DNA of 64,000 nucleotides from Acidobacteriota bacterium. GTDB taxonomy: Bacteria; Acidobacteriota; UBA6911; RPQK01; JAJDTT01. The position numbers and the translations under genes were made by a program. The stretch spans positions 1,440,001-1,504,000 of the forward strand of contig OZ242374.1 in the NCBI GenBank assembly GCA_965209055.1, written 5' to 3'. Shown in pieces: positions 34,855 to 43,713 of the stretch. Every line of letters begins with the position of its first letter. Positions within the stretch are counted from its first letter, which is position 1. Under the pieces are notes generated by a model. That model was not told where the DNA came from. It searched no databases and saw only the letters and a program-made list of their open reading frames with translations.

Positions 34855-36141
34855 ATGTTGGATCGGGCTTTCATCAGGGGCAATCTGGAACAGGTCGAAA
34901 CCGGATTGAAGGAGCGGGGCTTTTCCTTGGACGCCGGGGAGTTCCTGGCTCTGGACGCTCGCGAGCGGGCGGCCCGGATCGAGTCGGAGGAGCTGAGGGC
35001 CGTCCGCAACCGCACCAGCACCGAGATCGCGAGGCGCCGCAAGCGGGGCGGCGATGCCAGTGCCCAGATCCGGGAGATGAAGCGGGTCTCTGCCCGGATC
35101 AAGGAGCTGGAGGAGAACCTGACCGGCCTCCGGACCCGGATGGACTCGTTCCTTTCCTGGATCCCGAATCTGGCGGCCGAGGGGGTGCCCTCGGGAAAGG
35201 ACAGCGCCGCCAACGAAGTCGTCCGCATCGTGGGCGAACCTCGCGAATTTTCCTTTCCCGTCCGGGATCATGTCGAGTTGGGGGCCCGCCTGGGCATCCT
35301 GGACCTGGAACGGGCCAGCAAGATCGCCGGCGCCCGTTTCAGCCTCTATTCCGGCGCCGGCGCCCTGCTGGAGCGGGCGCTCATCAACATGATGCTGGAT
35401 CTCCACACCCGCCGCCACGGATACCGGGAGGTGATTCCTCCCTTCCTGGCCAATCGCCGCAGTTTCTTCGGCACCGGAAACCTTCCCAAGTTCGAGGAAG
35501 ACCTCTTCCGGGTGGCCGGTTCCGACTACTTCCTCGTCCCCACCGCCGAGGTCCCGTTGACCAATGTCTTCGCCGGCGAGATCCTGGAAGAGGAAGATCT
35601 TCCCATCAACCTCACCGCATACACGCCCTGCTTCCGGAGCGAGGCCGGGTCTTACGGCAAGGACACCCGGGGGCTGATCCGCCTCCACCAGTTCAACAAG
35701 GTCGAGCTGGTCAAGTTCACACGGCCGGAAGACTCCGCCCGTCAATTGGAGCAGTTGACCGGCCACGCCGAAGCGGTGCTCAAGGCGCTGGAAATCCCCT
35801 ATCGGGTCGTGGTGCTCTCCACCGGCGACATGGGATTCAGCGCCGCCAAGACGTACGATCTGGAGGTGTGGGTGCCCAGCCAGAATACTTATCGGGAGAT
35901 TTCCTCATGCAGCAACTTCACCGACTTTCAGGCTCGGCGTTGCAGGATTCGATACCGACCGGCGCAGGGCTCCGGAAATCGGCTGGTCCACACTTTGAAC
36001 GGGTCCGGATTGGCGATCGGACGGACCTGGGTGGCGCTGGTGGAGAATTTCCAGCAGGAGGACGGCAGCGTCCGGATTCCGGAGGCGCTCCGCTCCTACA
36101 TGCATGGCCTGGAGCGTTTGGCGCCCGGGGAGTGTTCCTGA
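34855..36141 (+). CDS. serS: Serine--tRNA ligase
   Basis: MLD start, PTAEVP, FRSEAG, HQFNKVE, EISSCSN and TLNGSGLA motifs. Confidence 0.97.
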   Translation: MLDRAFIRGNLEQVETGLKERGFSLDAGEFLALDARERAARIESEELRAVRNRTSTEIARRRKRGGDASAQIREMKRVSARIKELEENLTGLRTRMDSFLSWIPNLAAEGVPSGKDSAANEVVRIVGEPREFSFPVRDHVELGARLGILDLERASKIAGARFSLYSGAGALLERALINMMLDLHTRRHGYREVIPPFLANRRSFFGTGNLPKFEEDLFRVAGSDYFLVPTAEVPLTNVFAGEILEEEDLPINLTAYTPCFRSEAGSYGKDTRGLIRLHQFNKVELVKFTRPEDSARQLEQLTGHAEAVLKALEIPYRVVVLSTGDMGFSAAKTYDLEVWVPSQNTYREISSCSNFTDFQARRCRIRYRPAQGSGNRLVHTLNGSGLAIGRTWVALVENFQQEDGSVRIPEALRSYMHGLERLAPGECS

Positions 36142-36145
36142 GCAG

Positions 36146-37096
36146 ATGATCGGATTCAATCTGGACAAGTCGGTTCGGCTCAGCTTCTACGAGCAGATCA
36201 AGGGGCAGCTCCTCTCGGCCATCTATTGCGGCAAGATTCGGGCCGGGGACCGCCTGCCGTCCATCCGTGAGGTCTCCGATCACCTGGGGATCAACTACAA
36301 GACGACCCGCAAGATCTATCTGAGGTTGGCCGAGGAGAACTACCTGGAGATCGTGAAGGGCAGCGGGGCCTTCCTGAAGGAAAGGAGCGGCGAGGCCTCC
36401 TATGGGCAGATGCGGCGGCATGCAGTCTTCAAGCTGCTGGGCGAGGTGTCCGCCAAGGCCAGGAGCCTGGGCCTCTCGCCGGACAAGTTCAGCGGCCTGT
36501 TGGACGCCTACTGGAACGGGACCGATCTGAGGCAGTTGCGTCTGGCTGTCGTCGACCACGAAGAGGAAGCCTACGTGTTCTCCCGGGAGCTGGAGATTCG
36601 CATGCCGGGGGTGCAGGCCCGGAGCGTGTCCCTGGGCGACGTCGAGAGCGATACCGCCCGGGCGCTTCTCAGCGGCAGCGAGTTCCTTCTGACCACCAGC
36701 TATCACCTGGAGGAGGTCAGGGATCTGTCACGCCGTTTCGGCAAGAAGCTGGTGGAGATCAAGCCCAGTCACGAGATCTATCGTGAGGTCTTGAGCGCGG
36801 CCCGCGACGAGAACGTGGCCATCGTGGTCCGGGATGAAGACACCCTGCATGCTTCCTGGGACGTCTTCATGAACATCTACCACCCGTCGACCGAGATGAA
36901 GTTCTGGATCGCCCCCATTTCCAGGGAGGACCTCATCGAGAAGATCGTCCGGGATGCGGACCTGATTTTCGTTTCTCCCATGTGCTGGGACGAGATGCGA
37001 AAGCGGACGCCGCCCACGAAGACGTTGAAGACGTACGACAAGTTCATTTCCCAGGAGACCATCGACCAGCTCCGTGCGCTCCAGCTCTTGGGGTAG
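36146..37096 (+). CDS. GntR-family transcriptional regulator with long alpha/beta C-terminal region (PlmA-like)
   Basis: N-terminal wHTH (YEQI...GDRLPSIRE...GSGAF); about 316 aa. Confidence 0.85.
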   Translation: MIGFNLDKSVRLSFYEQIKGQLLSAIYCGKIRAGDRLPSIREVSDHLGINYKTTRKIYLRLAEENYLEIVKGSGAFLKERSGEASYGQMRRHAVFKLLGEVSAKARSLGLSPDKFSGLLDAYWNGTDLRQLRLAVVDHEEEAYVFSRELEIRMPGVQARSVSLGDVESDTARALLSGSEFLLTTSYHLEEVRDLSRRFGKKLVEIKPSHEIYREVLSAARDENVAIVVRDEDTLHASWDVFMNIYHPSTEMKFWIAPISREDLIEKIVRDADLIFVSPMCWDEMRKRTPPTKTLKTYDKFISQETIDQLRALQLLG

Positions 37097-37255
37097 GAGT
37101 CTGCGCCGTAGAAATGATCGTAGCGAGAAAGTGGGGAATCGAGGACAGATTTTCACGATTTCGAGGTGCATAGTTGTTCTATTCGTCGAGAAATCGGGGA
37201 AATATGGACCGATTCCCCGCTTTCGCAGTAGATTGATTTCTGCGGCGCAGGCTCC
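37096..37255. mobile_element. 160-bp MITE-like palindromic element
   Basis: Terminal inverted repeats GGAGTCTGCGCCGTAGAAAT and ATTTCTGCGGCGCAGGCTCC (18/20 match), TA on both flanks, and internal complementarity along most of its length. Confidence 0.65.
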
Positions 37256-37297
37256 TAGGAGGCGGGAACGCTCGTCGGCTCCCGCAGCAGGTGAGGA

Positions 37298-38359
37298 ATG
37301 ATCGGCCGGGAAGGTCGCGAAACGCGGCGAAACGCTCCCAGGACAGCCGTCTCCGAGTCCTATGTTCGGAGTCTCCCCAAGGCCGAATTGCATCTTCATC
37401 TCGAGGGGAGCGTGGGGCCCGAGCGGCTCCTTGCCCTCGCTCGAAAATACGGCACGGAATATGCGTCCCTCAGCGCCGCCGCGTTGACGGAGAAACTCTA
37501 CCGGTACGGGAGCCTCCACGAATTCCTGGGCGCCTTCAAGGTGGTCTGCCAACACGTGCGCGGCAAGGAGGACTACGGTGACATCCTGGAGGACCTGGCC
37601 GAGAGCCTTCTCCGGCAGGGCGTCTTCTATGCGGAGATCATCTATTCACCGTCCATTCCCTGGATCTGGGGCAGGGACGGCCGGGAAATACTTCGGCATC
37701 TGTTGAAAACAGGAGCCCGGTTCGAGGAGAAGGGCCTGGTCATCCGCTGGGTGCTGGACTGCGTGCGCCAGTTCGGCGTGGAAGCGGCGTGGAGGACGGC
37801 CCGGCTGGCGGCGGAGCACCGGAGCCGGGGCGTCGTGGCGTTGGGTATGGGAGGGGACGAGTTGTCCCTCCCCCTGACCGAGTATCGTGATGTCTTTCTC
37901 TGGGCCAAGGCCCATGAGATCTACATTCATGTCCACGCCGGTGAGATCGGCGAGCCGGACCAGGTCTGGAGCGCCCTCAAGGACCTGGGCGCCAACCGGA
38001 TCGGCCACGGCGTCCAGGCGGCGCGGGACCCGCGCCTGATCGAGTATCTGCGGGAGCATGCCGTAGGGCTGGACGTCTGCCTGACCAGCAACCTCAGGAC
38101 ACGGGCGTGGGCTCCGCTGTCTCAGCACCCCTTTCCCCTCCTCTACCGCCGCGGCGTTCCGGTGACCTTGAACACGGACGATCCCGGCCTGTTCCAGACC
38201 AGCTTGACCCAGGAGTATCTGAAGGCCTCGCGCATCTTCGGGCTGACGGCCCGGGACCTTCAGCGAATCGCGTTGCAGGCGGTTCGGTGCTCCTTCCTGC
38301 CCCACGAGGCCAAGATGGCCCACATGCAGCGGATCCAGGACCAGGTAGAGCTTGGCTGA
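37298..38359 (+). CDS. add: Adenosine/adenine deaminase
   Basis: LPKAELHLHLEGS, HAGE, RIGHG, SN and NTDDP motifs. Confidence 0.9.
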   Translation: MIGREGRETRRNAPRTAVSESYVRSLPKAELHLHLEGSVGPERLLALARKYGTEYASLSAAALTEKLYRYGSLHEFLGAFKVVCQHVRGKEDYGDILEDLAESLLRQGVFYAEIIYSPSIPWIWGRDGREILRHLLKTGARFEEKGLVIRWVLDCVRQFGVEAAWRTARLAAEHRSRGVVALGMGGDELSLPLTEYRDVFLWAKAHEIYIHVHAGEIGEPDQVWSALKDLGANRIGHGVQAARDPRLIEYLREHAVGLDVCLTSNLRTRAWAPLSQHPFPLLYRRGVPVTLNTDDPGLFQTSLTQEYLKASRIFGLTARDLQRIALQAVRCSFLPHEAKMAHMQRIQDQVELG

Positions 38360-38410
38360 ATTCCGCGCGCCCGGCTCCGGCTGTGAGAGAATGGAGGACG
38401 CGTTCCAGCC

Positions 38411-38500
38411 GGAGGAGTGGCCGAGTGGTTTAAGGCGGCGGTCTTGAAAACCGCTGTGTCCGAAAGGGCACCGTGGGTTCGAATCCTACCTCCTCCGCCA
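38411..38500 (+). tRNA. tRNA-Ser(TGA)
   Basis: GGAGGAG/CTCCTCC-type acceptor stem, anticodon arm GCGGT-CTTGAAA-ACCGC, long variable arm, GGTTCGAATCC T-loop and encoded CCA. Confidence 0.96.
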
Positions 38501-38579
38501 GCTCCTCCAGAGGCCTCCCGGAAAGTCCAGGTTCACCCGTGGTGCGGCCGGGTTTTGAGATGGCGATCGCTTCGATTCC

Positions 38580-38667
38580 GGCCTGCATTCCGAATTGGAC
38601 GGTGATATATTCCGAATCGGACTGGCCTGCATTCCGAATTGGACGATAGCTGATGCCGGATCGGACG
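38580..38667. repeat. Four tandem 22-bp units with palindromic core TCCGAWTYGGA
   Basis: GGCCTGCATTCCGAATTGGACG / GTGATATATTCCGAATCGGACT / GGCCTGCATTCCGAATTGGACG / ATAGCTGATGCCGGATCGGACG. Confidence 0.9.
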
Positions 38668-39921
38668 ATAAACCTCGGGGAATTTGTGGCGCGGCATGCC
38701 GAGCAGCGGGTTCGGGCGGCGCTGGAAGATACCCGCATCGTGGCGATCGTGGGGCCGCGCCAGTCGGGCAAGACGACGCTCGCCCGCCGCATCGCCGCCT
38801 CCGGCGGGCGCCCTTTCATTACCCTGGACGACCACCAGTTCAGGCGGTTTGCGCGAAATGATCCGGCTGGCTTCATGCGCGCCCAACCGGCCGCGGTGAT
38901 CGACGAGATCCAGCGCGCGCCGGGCCTCATCCTGGCCCTCAAGCAAGCGGTGGACGAAGACCCGCGGCCGGGGCGCTTCCTGATCACGGGCTCGGTCGAC
39001 CTTTTCCGGGGCGCCATCTCTCCTGATTCGCTTGCGGGGCGCGTCGAGACCATCGAACTCTTGCCGTTCTCTCAAGCGGAAATCGCCGGGACGGGACCGC
39101 CGGACTTCCTGGACCGGGCCTTTGCCGCAGACTTTCCCAGTCTCGCGCTGACGGGACCGACCGGCGACTTGACGGAACGCGTCATCTCCGGTGGTTTTCC
39201 CGAAGCTCTTTCTCGTGCGGTTCCGACACGCCGCCGGAGCTGGTTTCGGGCCTATGCCCGCTCGCTCGCCGAGCGCGACGTCTCCGATATCGCCTCCATC
39301 TCCAAGCGGAATGACCTGAGCCGCCTGATCGGCCACGCGGCGGTGTCGGCCGGCCGGTTGCTCAACCTGTCGGCCCTCGGATCGCGGATTGGCGTCGACG
39401 GCAAGACGGTCGACCGTTGGCTCGCCCTGTTCGAGCACATGTTCCTGGTCCGTCGCGTCGCCGCTTGGCATCGCAGTGGACTGAAGAGGCTCGTCAAGGC
39501 GCCGAAACTGCACTTTCTGGATTCCGGCCTGCTGGCGGCGCTTCAGCGGGTGTCGGCGGCGACAGTGGCCAGGGACCGGCAGAAGCTGGGGCCTCATCTG
39601 GAAAGCTTCGTTTACGCCGAGCTCGCCAAGGCGGCCGCTCTTTCCGGCGACGAACTGGCCATTGGTCATTATCGAGACAAGGATCAGGTCGAAGTCGACT
39701 TCGTGTTGGAGCGATCCCCCGGCGCAATCGTCGGAATCGAAGTCAAAGCGAGCGCAACGGTGGGTCCCAGGGACTTCAAGGGCTTGAATCGCCTGCGAGA
39801 GGCCGCGGGCGATCGTTTCGCTTGCGGCATCATCCTCCATGACGGCGGTCGCGTTCAAAAGGCCGCTTCCAGGCTCTTTGCGATGCCCGTCAAAATGCTC
39901 TGGGCGAACCGTCGGCGGTAG
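38653..39921 (+). CDS. AAA_14 ATPase with DUF4143 (wHTH and PD-(D/E)XK-like C-terminus)
   Basis: GPRQSGKTT, IDEIQR, ITGS, SLAGR, GGFPE, KAPKLHFLDSGL and EVDFV...GIEVK motifs. Start may be the GTG at 38686. Confidence 0.9.
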   Translation: MPDRTINLGEFVARHAEQRVRAALEDTRIVAIVGPRQSGKTTLARRIAASGGRPFITLDDHQFRRFARNDPAGFMRAQPAAVIDEIQRAPGLILALKQAVDEDPRPGRFLITGSVDLFRGAISPDSLAGRVETIELLPFSQAEIAGTGPPDFLDRAFAADFPSLALTGPTGDLTERVISGGFPEALSRAVPTRRRSWFRAYARSLAERDVSDIASISKRNDLSRLIGHAAVSAGRLLNLSALGSRIGVDGKTVDRWLALFEHMFLVRRVAAWHRSGLKRLVKAPKLHFLDSGLLAALQRVSAATVARDRQKLGPHLESFVYAELAKAAALSGDELAIGHYRDKDQVEVDFVLERSPGAIVGIEVKASATVGPRDFKGLNRLREAAGDRFACGIILHDGGRVQKAASRLFAMPVKMLWANRRR

Positions 39922-39948
39922 GAACGGGCGGTTCCCGGCTGATCCGGG

Positions 39949-42900
39949 TTACGAGACCCTCCTCCTTTCTTCCCCTTCCCGGCTGCCCAGGTTGCCGTAG
40001 CGGTGGTAATCGATGCTGATGCTCTGTTCGCGGAGGTACCAGAGCAATTCCACCCGGCCCTGGACCAGGACCGGGGCTCGCGCCAGATAGATTCCGGACG
40101 CGGCCGCCGCCCGGAACACGATTTCCGGCACCCGCTCCGGCATCGCGAAGCGGACCCGGCGGGTTTCGGCGCTGCGGACCCGGTCCGCCAGTTCATGGTC
40201 GGTCTCCCCGATGAATTCGATGGATTCCTCCCACGACCCGGTCAGCTCCCTCAGCCAATCGACGGCCGGAGACGACCATCCCCTGGGCAGGCTCATGGCC
40301 GCGCGGCAGCCGGCGGCCTTGGCCGCACAGGCGCGGGCGAAGATCTCGAACAGGGAATCGAAGGGGTCCACGCGGATGCAGAGCCGGCGGACGGGGAGAT
40401 AACGCCGCAGGTTGTCCTGGCCCACCAGGCGGAAATGGTCATGGGTGCGTCCGAATTCGTCCCGGCTGCTGGCCGAGTAACTTTCCAGCGCCGCCACGAC
40501 CCGGAACAGCTCGTCCCTTCTCGCGGAAACGGCGGCAGGAACCGGTTGTTTCAGGCGCGACCGGAGGGCGGCGAGATGGGGGTCGGCGACCGGGGTGGGA
40601 CCGTCCGGAGGCTCGGTGTCGCTGAAGTTCATGAGTTGGGACACGTAGTTGGGGCCTCCCGCCTTGATCCCGGGACCAAACGCGGACCTGGCCATGCCCC
40701 CGAAGGGTTGACGAAGGACGACAGCCCCGGTGGTTCCGCGGTTGACGTAGAGGTTTCCCGCGTCGACGCGGTCGCACCAGTGCGCCTGCTCGCGATCGTC
40801 GAGGCTCTCCAACCCAGCGGTCAATCCGTAGCCGGTCTGACGGATGAGGTCCAGCGCCTCGTCCAGGTTCTTCACCCGCATCACCCCCAGCAGGGGACCG
40901 AAGAGTTCGGTCAGGTGGGTGAAGCTTCCCGGTCGGACGTCCCATTTGACCCCCGGCGAGTAGAGGCAGGGATTGTCATCGATCCGCCTGGGCATGACCG
41001 CCCATGACTCGCCGGGTTCCAGTTCCTTGAGGCCCCTTTCCAGGGCGCCGGAGGGGGGACGAATCAAGGGGCCGATGCGATTCCCCAGATCCCAGGCCGA
41101 CCCGACCTCCAGGCTCCGCACCGCGTCGCAGAGTGTCTCCTTGAATTTGGGGTCCCGGCAGGTCTCCTCCTCGACGAGGAGCAGGGACGTGGCGGAGCAT
41201 TTCTGTCCGCTGTGGCTGAAGGCGGAGTGAATCACGTGGCTGATGGCCAGTTCCCGATCTCCCAGGGCAGTCAGGGTGGCCGCGTTCTTGCCCCCGGTTT
41301 CCGCCAGGAGATTCATGTCCGGTTTGAGCCGGAGCATCTGCAGGGCGGTTTCCGTGCCGCCGGTCAGCATGACGGCGTCCACCTCCGGGTGAGAGACCAA
41401 TCGGGACCCGCCTGTCGCGACGGAGCACGGCGCCATCTGCAGAGTCCGCCGCGAGACCCCGGCCCTCCAGAAGCACCGGCACAGCTCATGGGCCACCAGC
41501 ACGGTGTCGGGGGAGGGTTTGAGGATGACGGTGTTCCCCGCGGCCAGTGCGGCGGCGATACCGCCTCCCGGAATGGCGATGGGGAAGTTCCAGGGGGAGA
41601 CGACCACCACGACGCCCTTCGGTTCGGCCCTCAAACCGGGGAGATCCTGAAAGTAGCGGGCGGCCAGGTCGTAGAAAACGACGAAGTCCACGACCTCGGA
41701 AACCTCCGGGTCCGACTCGGGCAGGGTCTTCCCGCCGTCCGCCAGGGCGGCGCCCATGAGGTCTCCCCGGCCGCGACGCAGTTCGCGGGCCACAGCCGCC
41801 AACATTTGGGAACGTTCTTCCGCCGGCTTCCGCCTCCAGCCGTCCGGATCGTTTCGAGCGCAGGCCACGGCCCGCTCCACGTCCTCCTCGTTGGCCTGCC
41901 GGTAGCGGCCCACGATCAGGCCCGGCCGGGATGGATCGAGGCAGTCTTGCAGCTCCCGATCCCGGAAGATCTCTCTCCCGTCCACCACCAGGGGAACCTC
42001 CACCCTGTGTTCGCCGTGCCGGGGTTTCCAGCGCTCGATGATGCCTTGGGCCCACTCGCGGTTGGCCGGCAATGAGAAGTCGGTGTCTGGCTCGTTGACG
42101 AATCGGCTCCACGAACCCGGGCGTGTCGACACGCCGGTCTCGGCCATGCGGTTCTGGACACGCCGGGGTTTTTCCGAAACGGACTCGCGGCGCCGGGAGG
42201 ATTCTAGGAACCCCTCTTCCAGCCGTTTCCACTCCGGGCTGTCCGGGACCAGCCGGAAGGCGTGCCGGAGGAAATTGTCGGGTCCCGTGTTCTCGTCCAA
42301 CCGGCGAAACAGGTATCCGATGGCGTTGATGAAGTCCTCCTTCCGGGTCGCCGGCGCATAGAGGAGGACGTTTTGCGTCAGCTCGAACAGGGCGCGGCGC
42401 TGGGCGTTGGCCATCCCTTCCAGCATCTCGAACTGCACCCGGTCCAGGGCGCCGGCTTCCGCTGCCAAAAGCAGAGCGTACGAGACGTCGAAGAGATTGT
42501 GCGAGGCCACCCCCAGGCGCACGGCGGCGATGTTCTCCGGCGTCAGGGCTTCGTGCAGCATGCGCTTGAAGTTGGCGTCGGTTTCCAGCTTCGACCTGAA
42601 AGGAGCCTGCTTCCAACCCCGCAGCGAAGCCTCCACCCGTTCCATCTCCAGGTTGGCGCCCTTCACCAGCCGGATGGTCACAGGCGCTCCTCCCCGTTTC
42701 ACGCGTTCTCTGGCCCAGGCGTTGATTCTCTTCTGGGCCAGGTAGGAGTCGGGGAGGTAGGCCTGAAGAGCGATCCCCGCGCCGGCGTGCTCGAGACCCT
42801 TGCGGTCCAGAGTGCGGAGAAAGACCTCGGTGGTCACCGCCAGGTCGCGGTATTCCTCCATGTCGAGGTACACGAACTTGGGCGCCTCGGTGCCGTCCCG

Positions 42901-43602
42901 GCGGCGAAAGCGCTCCCTGGCCGCCGCGCGATACAGCAGCTCCATTCGATCGCAGAGCACCGAGACGGTCTGCTCGAAGGCCAGCGACGAGATTTGCGAG
43001 TAGATGGTGGAGATCTTGACCGAAATGACCTCCAGCTCCGGGAGCTGAAGAGCGCGGAGATACGACTCCAGACGCCTCTGGGCCTCGGCTTCTCCCAGCA
43101 GGGCCTCGCCCAGGAAGTTGACGTTCATCCGCACGCCGCCCTGCCGCCGCGCCTCCAGGTGCCGGACCAGCAGAGCCTCCTCGGCGGGGAGAACGACATT
43201 GGCGGTCTCTTCCCGCATCCTTTCCTTCACCAGGGGAGCCGCCACCCCGGGAAGGTAGGAGCCGAAGGAGCGAAAGCCCCTGAGCAGGGTCCGGTCCAGC
43301 CCGCTGAAGAAACGAGGGATTCCCTGCACGTCCAGGATGTGCAGGATCTGGTCGACGGCGCGATGCGGGCTGTGGGAGCGGAAGGCCTGGTCGGTGAGTT
43401 GGGTGAGCGTCGCCTTGTCGTGGGGACTCTGCACCATCCGCTCCAGCTCGGCCTGCTGCCTCGCTTCCACGGGGGTTTGAAGCGCCGCCGCCGTTTCCTG
43501 AAGCTGCCGTGCCAGGAAGACGGCTTTTTGCGCCCGCTCCGTGGAGGGTGACCCGGAGTCCCGGCCAAGCGATCCGAGAAGTGCGTCCAAGGCCTTCTTC
43601 AA
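39949..43602 (-). CDS. putA: Bifunctional proline dehydrogenase / P5C dehydrogenase
   Basis: LDMEEY, LQAYL, RLVKGAN, ASHN and RRLDEN motifs; ALDH half SPWNFP, ETGGKN, GQKCSA and ELFGP. Confidence 0.95.
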   Translation of the reverse strand: MKKALDALLGSLGRDSGSPSTERAQKAVFLARQLQETAAALQTPVEARQQAELERMVQSPHDKATLTQLTDQAFRSHSPHRAVDQILHILDVQGIPRFFSGLDRTLLRGFRSFGSYLPGVAAPLVKERMREETANVVLPAEEALLVRHLEARRQGGVRMNVNFLGEALLGEAEAQRRLESYLRALQLPELEVISVKISTIYSQISSLAFEQTVSVLCDRMELLYRAAARERFRRRDGTEAPKFVYLDMEEYRDLAVTTEVFLRTLDRKGLEHAGAGIALQAYLPDSYLAQKRINAWARERVKRGGAPVTIRLVKGANLEMERVEASLRGWKQAPFRSKLETDANFKRMLHEALTPENIAAVRLGVASHNLFDVSYALLLAAEAGALDRVQFEMLEGMANAQRRALFELTQNVLLYAPATRKEDFINAIGYLFRRLDENTGPDNFLRHAFRLVPDSPEWKRLEEGFLESSRRRESVSEKPRRVQNRMAETGVSTRPGSWSRFVNEPDTDFSLPANREWAQGIIERWKPRHGEHRVEVPLVVDGREIFRDRELQDCLDPSRPGLIVGRYRQANEEDVERAVACARNDPDGWRRKPAEERSQMLAAVARELRRGRGDLMGAALADGGKTLPESDPEVSEVVDFVVFYDLAARYFQDLPGLRAEPKGVVVVVSPWNFPIAIPGGGIAAALAAGNTVILKPSPDTVLVAHELCRCFWRAGVSRRTLQMAPCSVATGGSRLVSHPEVDAVMLTGGTETALQMLRLKPDMNLLAETGGKNAATLTALGDRELAISHVIHSAFSHSGQKCSATSLLLVEEETCRDPKFKETLCDAVRSLEVGSAWDLGNRIGPLIRPPSGALERGLKELEPGESWAVMPRRIDDNPCLYSPGVKWDVRPGSFTHLTELFGPLLGVMRVKNLDEALDLIRQTGYGLTAGLESLDDREQAHWCDRVDAGNLYVNRGTTGAVVLRQPFGGMARSAFGPGIKAGGPNYVSQLMNFSDTEPPDGPTPVADPHLAALRSRLKQPVPAAVSARRDELFRVVAALESYSASSRDEFGRTHDHFRLVGQDNLRRYLPVRRLCIRVDPFDSLFEIFARACAAKAAGCRAAMSLPRGWSSPAVDWLRELTGSWEESIEFIGETDHELADRVRSAETRRVRFAMPERVPEIVFRAAAASGIYLARAPVLVQGRVELLWYLREQSISIDYHRYGNLGSREGEERRRVS

Positions 43603-43713
43603 TTTGACCCGCCGGTATGAAATCCAAAGGCCCCGAGACGGTCCGGATCCGGCTTTGCCCGAGAGCCGGAGGAGGACGCGAAACAGGCGTTGCCCCGCGG
43701 ACGACCCGACCGG

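Noticed and set aside
38417-38605. 62-aa ORF MAEWFKAAVLKT...
   Set aside because: It is a translation of the tRNA-Ser gene.
38580-38667. Possible mini CRISPR array
   Set aside because: Period is only 22 bp with about 8 variable bases, one variable segment is repeated, and there are no cas genes.
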